A stretch of DNA of 63,744 nt, the filler included, from Reticulomyxa filosa (lineage: Eukaryota; Protista; Foraminifera): NCBI GenBank assembly GCA_000512085.1. It is 18 parts of 18 records of this genome, joined end to end, with 100 filler letters (N's around TTAATTAATTAA, not from the genome) between each part and the next. Parts side by side here need not be neighbours in the genome. Positions count along the whole stretch, not along the records: positions 61,967 to 63,744 come from ASPP01038640.1; 17 more parts are not named here. One strand, 5' to 3'. A program made the position numbers and the translations under genes. The number at the start of each line of letters is the position of its first letter. Position 1 is the stretch's first letter. Shown here piece after piece: positions 63,294-63,744 of this stretch. The notes below the pieces were generated by a model. That model was not told the DNA's origin. It searched no databases and saw only the letters and a list, made by a program, of their open reading frames with translations.

Positions 63294-63744
63294 TGTTGTT
63301 TTTTTTTAAAAAAATTAAACGAAGATATTGCGAAGAAAGTTTGAAATTTGTTTAACAAAAAAAAAGGATACTTTATTCGTTGAACATATTTTGCGTGTGA
63401 AATAGTAAATACTAGATTGATTTATTTAATGATATTAATTTGTGTATGCGCTGCAAAAAAGAAAGCATACTTATATTAAGAAGGTTTTTTCTTTAAAAAG
63501 AGCTCATTGAAATACCAACTCTATCTTTTCAATCAAAAAAAAAAAATTAATGACCCAATCTTTGTAATTTCCCATTTGTTTTGGAAATTGAATGCAAAAT
63601 ATCTGATATTAGTACATATGAACACATCCTATCAATGTCCATCTGGAACATAGCAGAAATTTGGAGATTATAATTACAGTTGTATTGCAAAAATCGTTGG
63701 TTTTTTTTTTGTTGGATTGTGTGTATGTGTGTACGTAGTGTTGC

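Overview
This window is not one locus. It is 18 unrelated assembly contigs joined by 17 artificial 100-nt spacers (N44-TTAATTAATTAA-N44). Sixteen contigs are AT-rich, intron-containing eukaryotic DNA. The Kelch-repeat family at 58.2-59.0 kb, the kinase type at 38.8 kb and the TA-microsatellite/poly-A introns point to a foraminiferan such as Reticulomyxa filosa (inference, not checked by search). Two short GC-rich contigs (54324-55612, 55713-57262) are bacterial and probably co-sequenced. Recognisable eukaryotic genes: a CIPK-like kinase with a NAF-type motif, ZW10, mitochondrial ribosome recycling factor, PARG, a secreted nucleoside hydrolase, G-protein beta, an extended SDR, MCM6, SUGP1/SF4, two more CAMK-group kinases and a CREST-like membrane protein. 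There are several decayed pseudogenes (SDR, Rac, Kelch) and non-LTR retrotransposon debris. The most unusual signals are: (1) a decayed, intronless, element-like reading frame that joins three Gag-type CCHC zinc knuckles to an HCX5R cysteine phosphatase; (2) a SUGP1 orthologue that keeps both G-patch flanks but lacks the G-patch, in a genome where many 3' splice sites follow poly-A rather than polypyrimidine tracts; (3) a spliced PD-(D/E)XK restriction-endonuclease-fold gene of Crinkler/CR-REase type; (4) a compact GC-rich multi-hairpin island next to LINE and SINE-like remnants. Exon boundaries and family calls are read by eye and are approximate.
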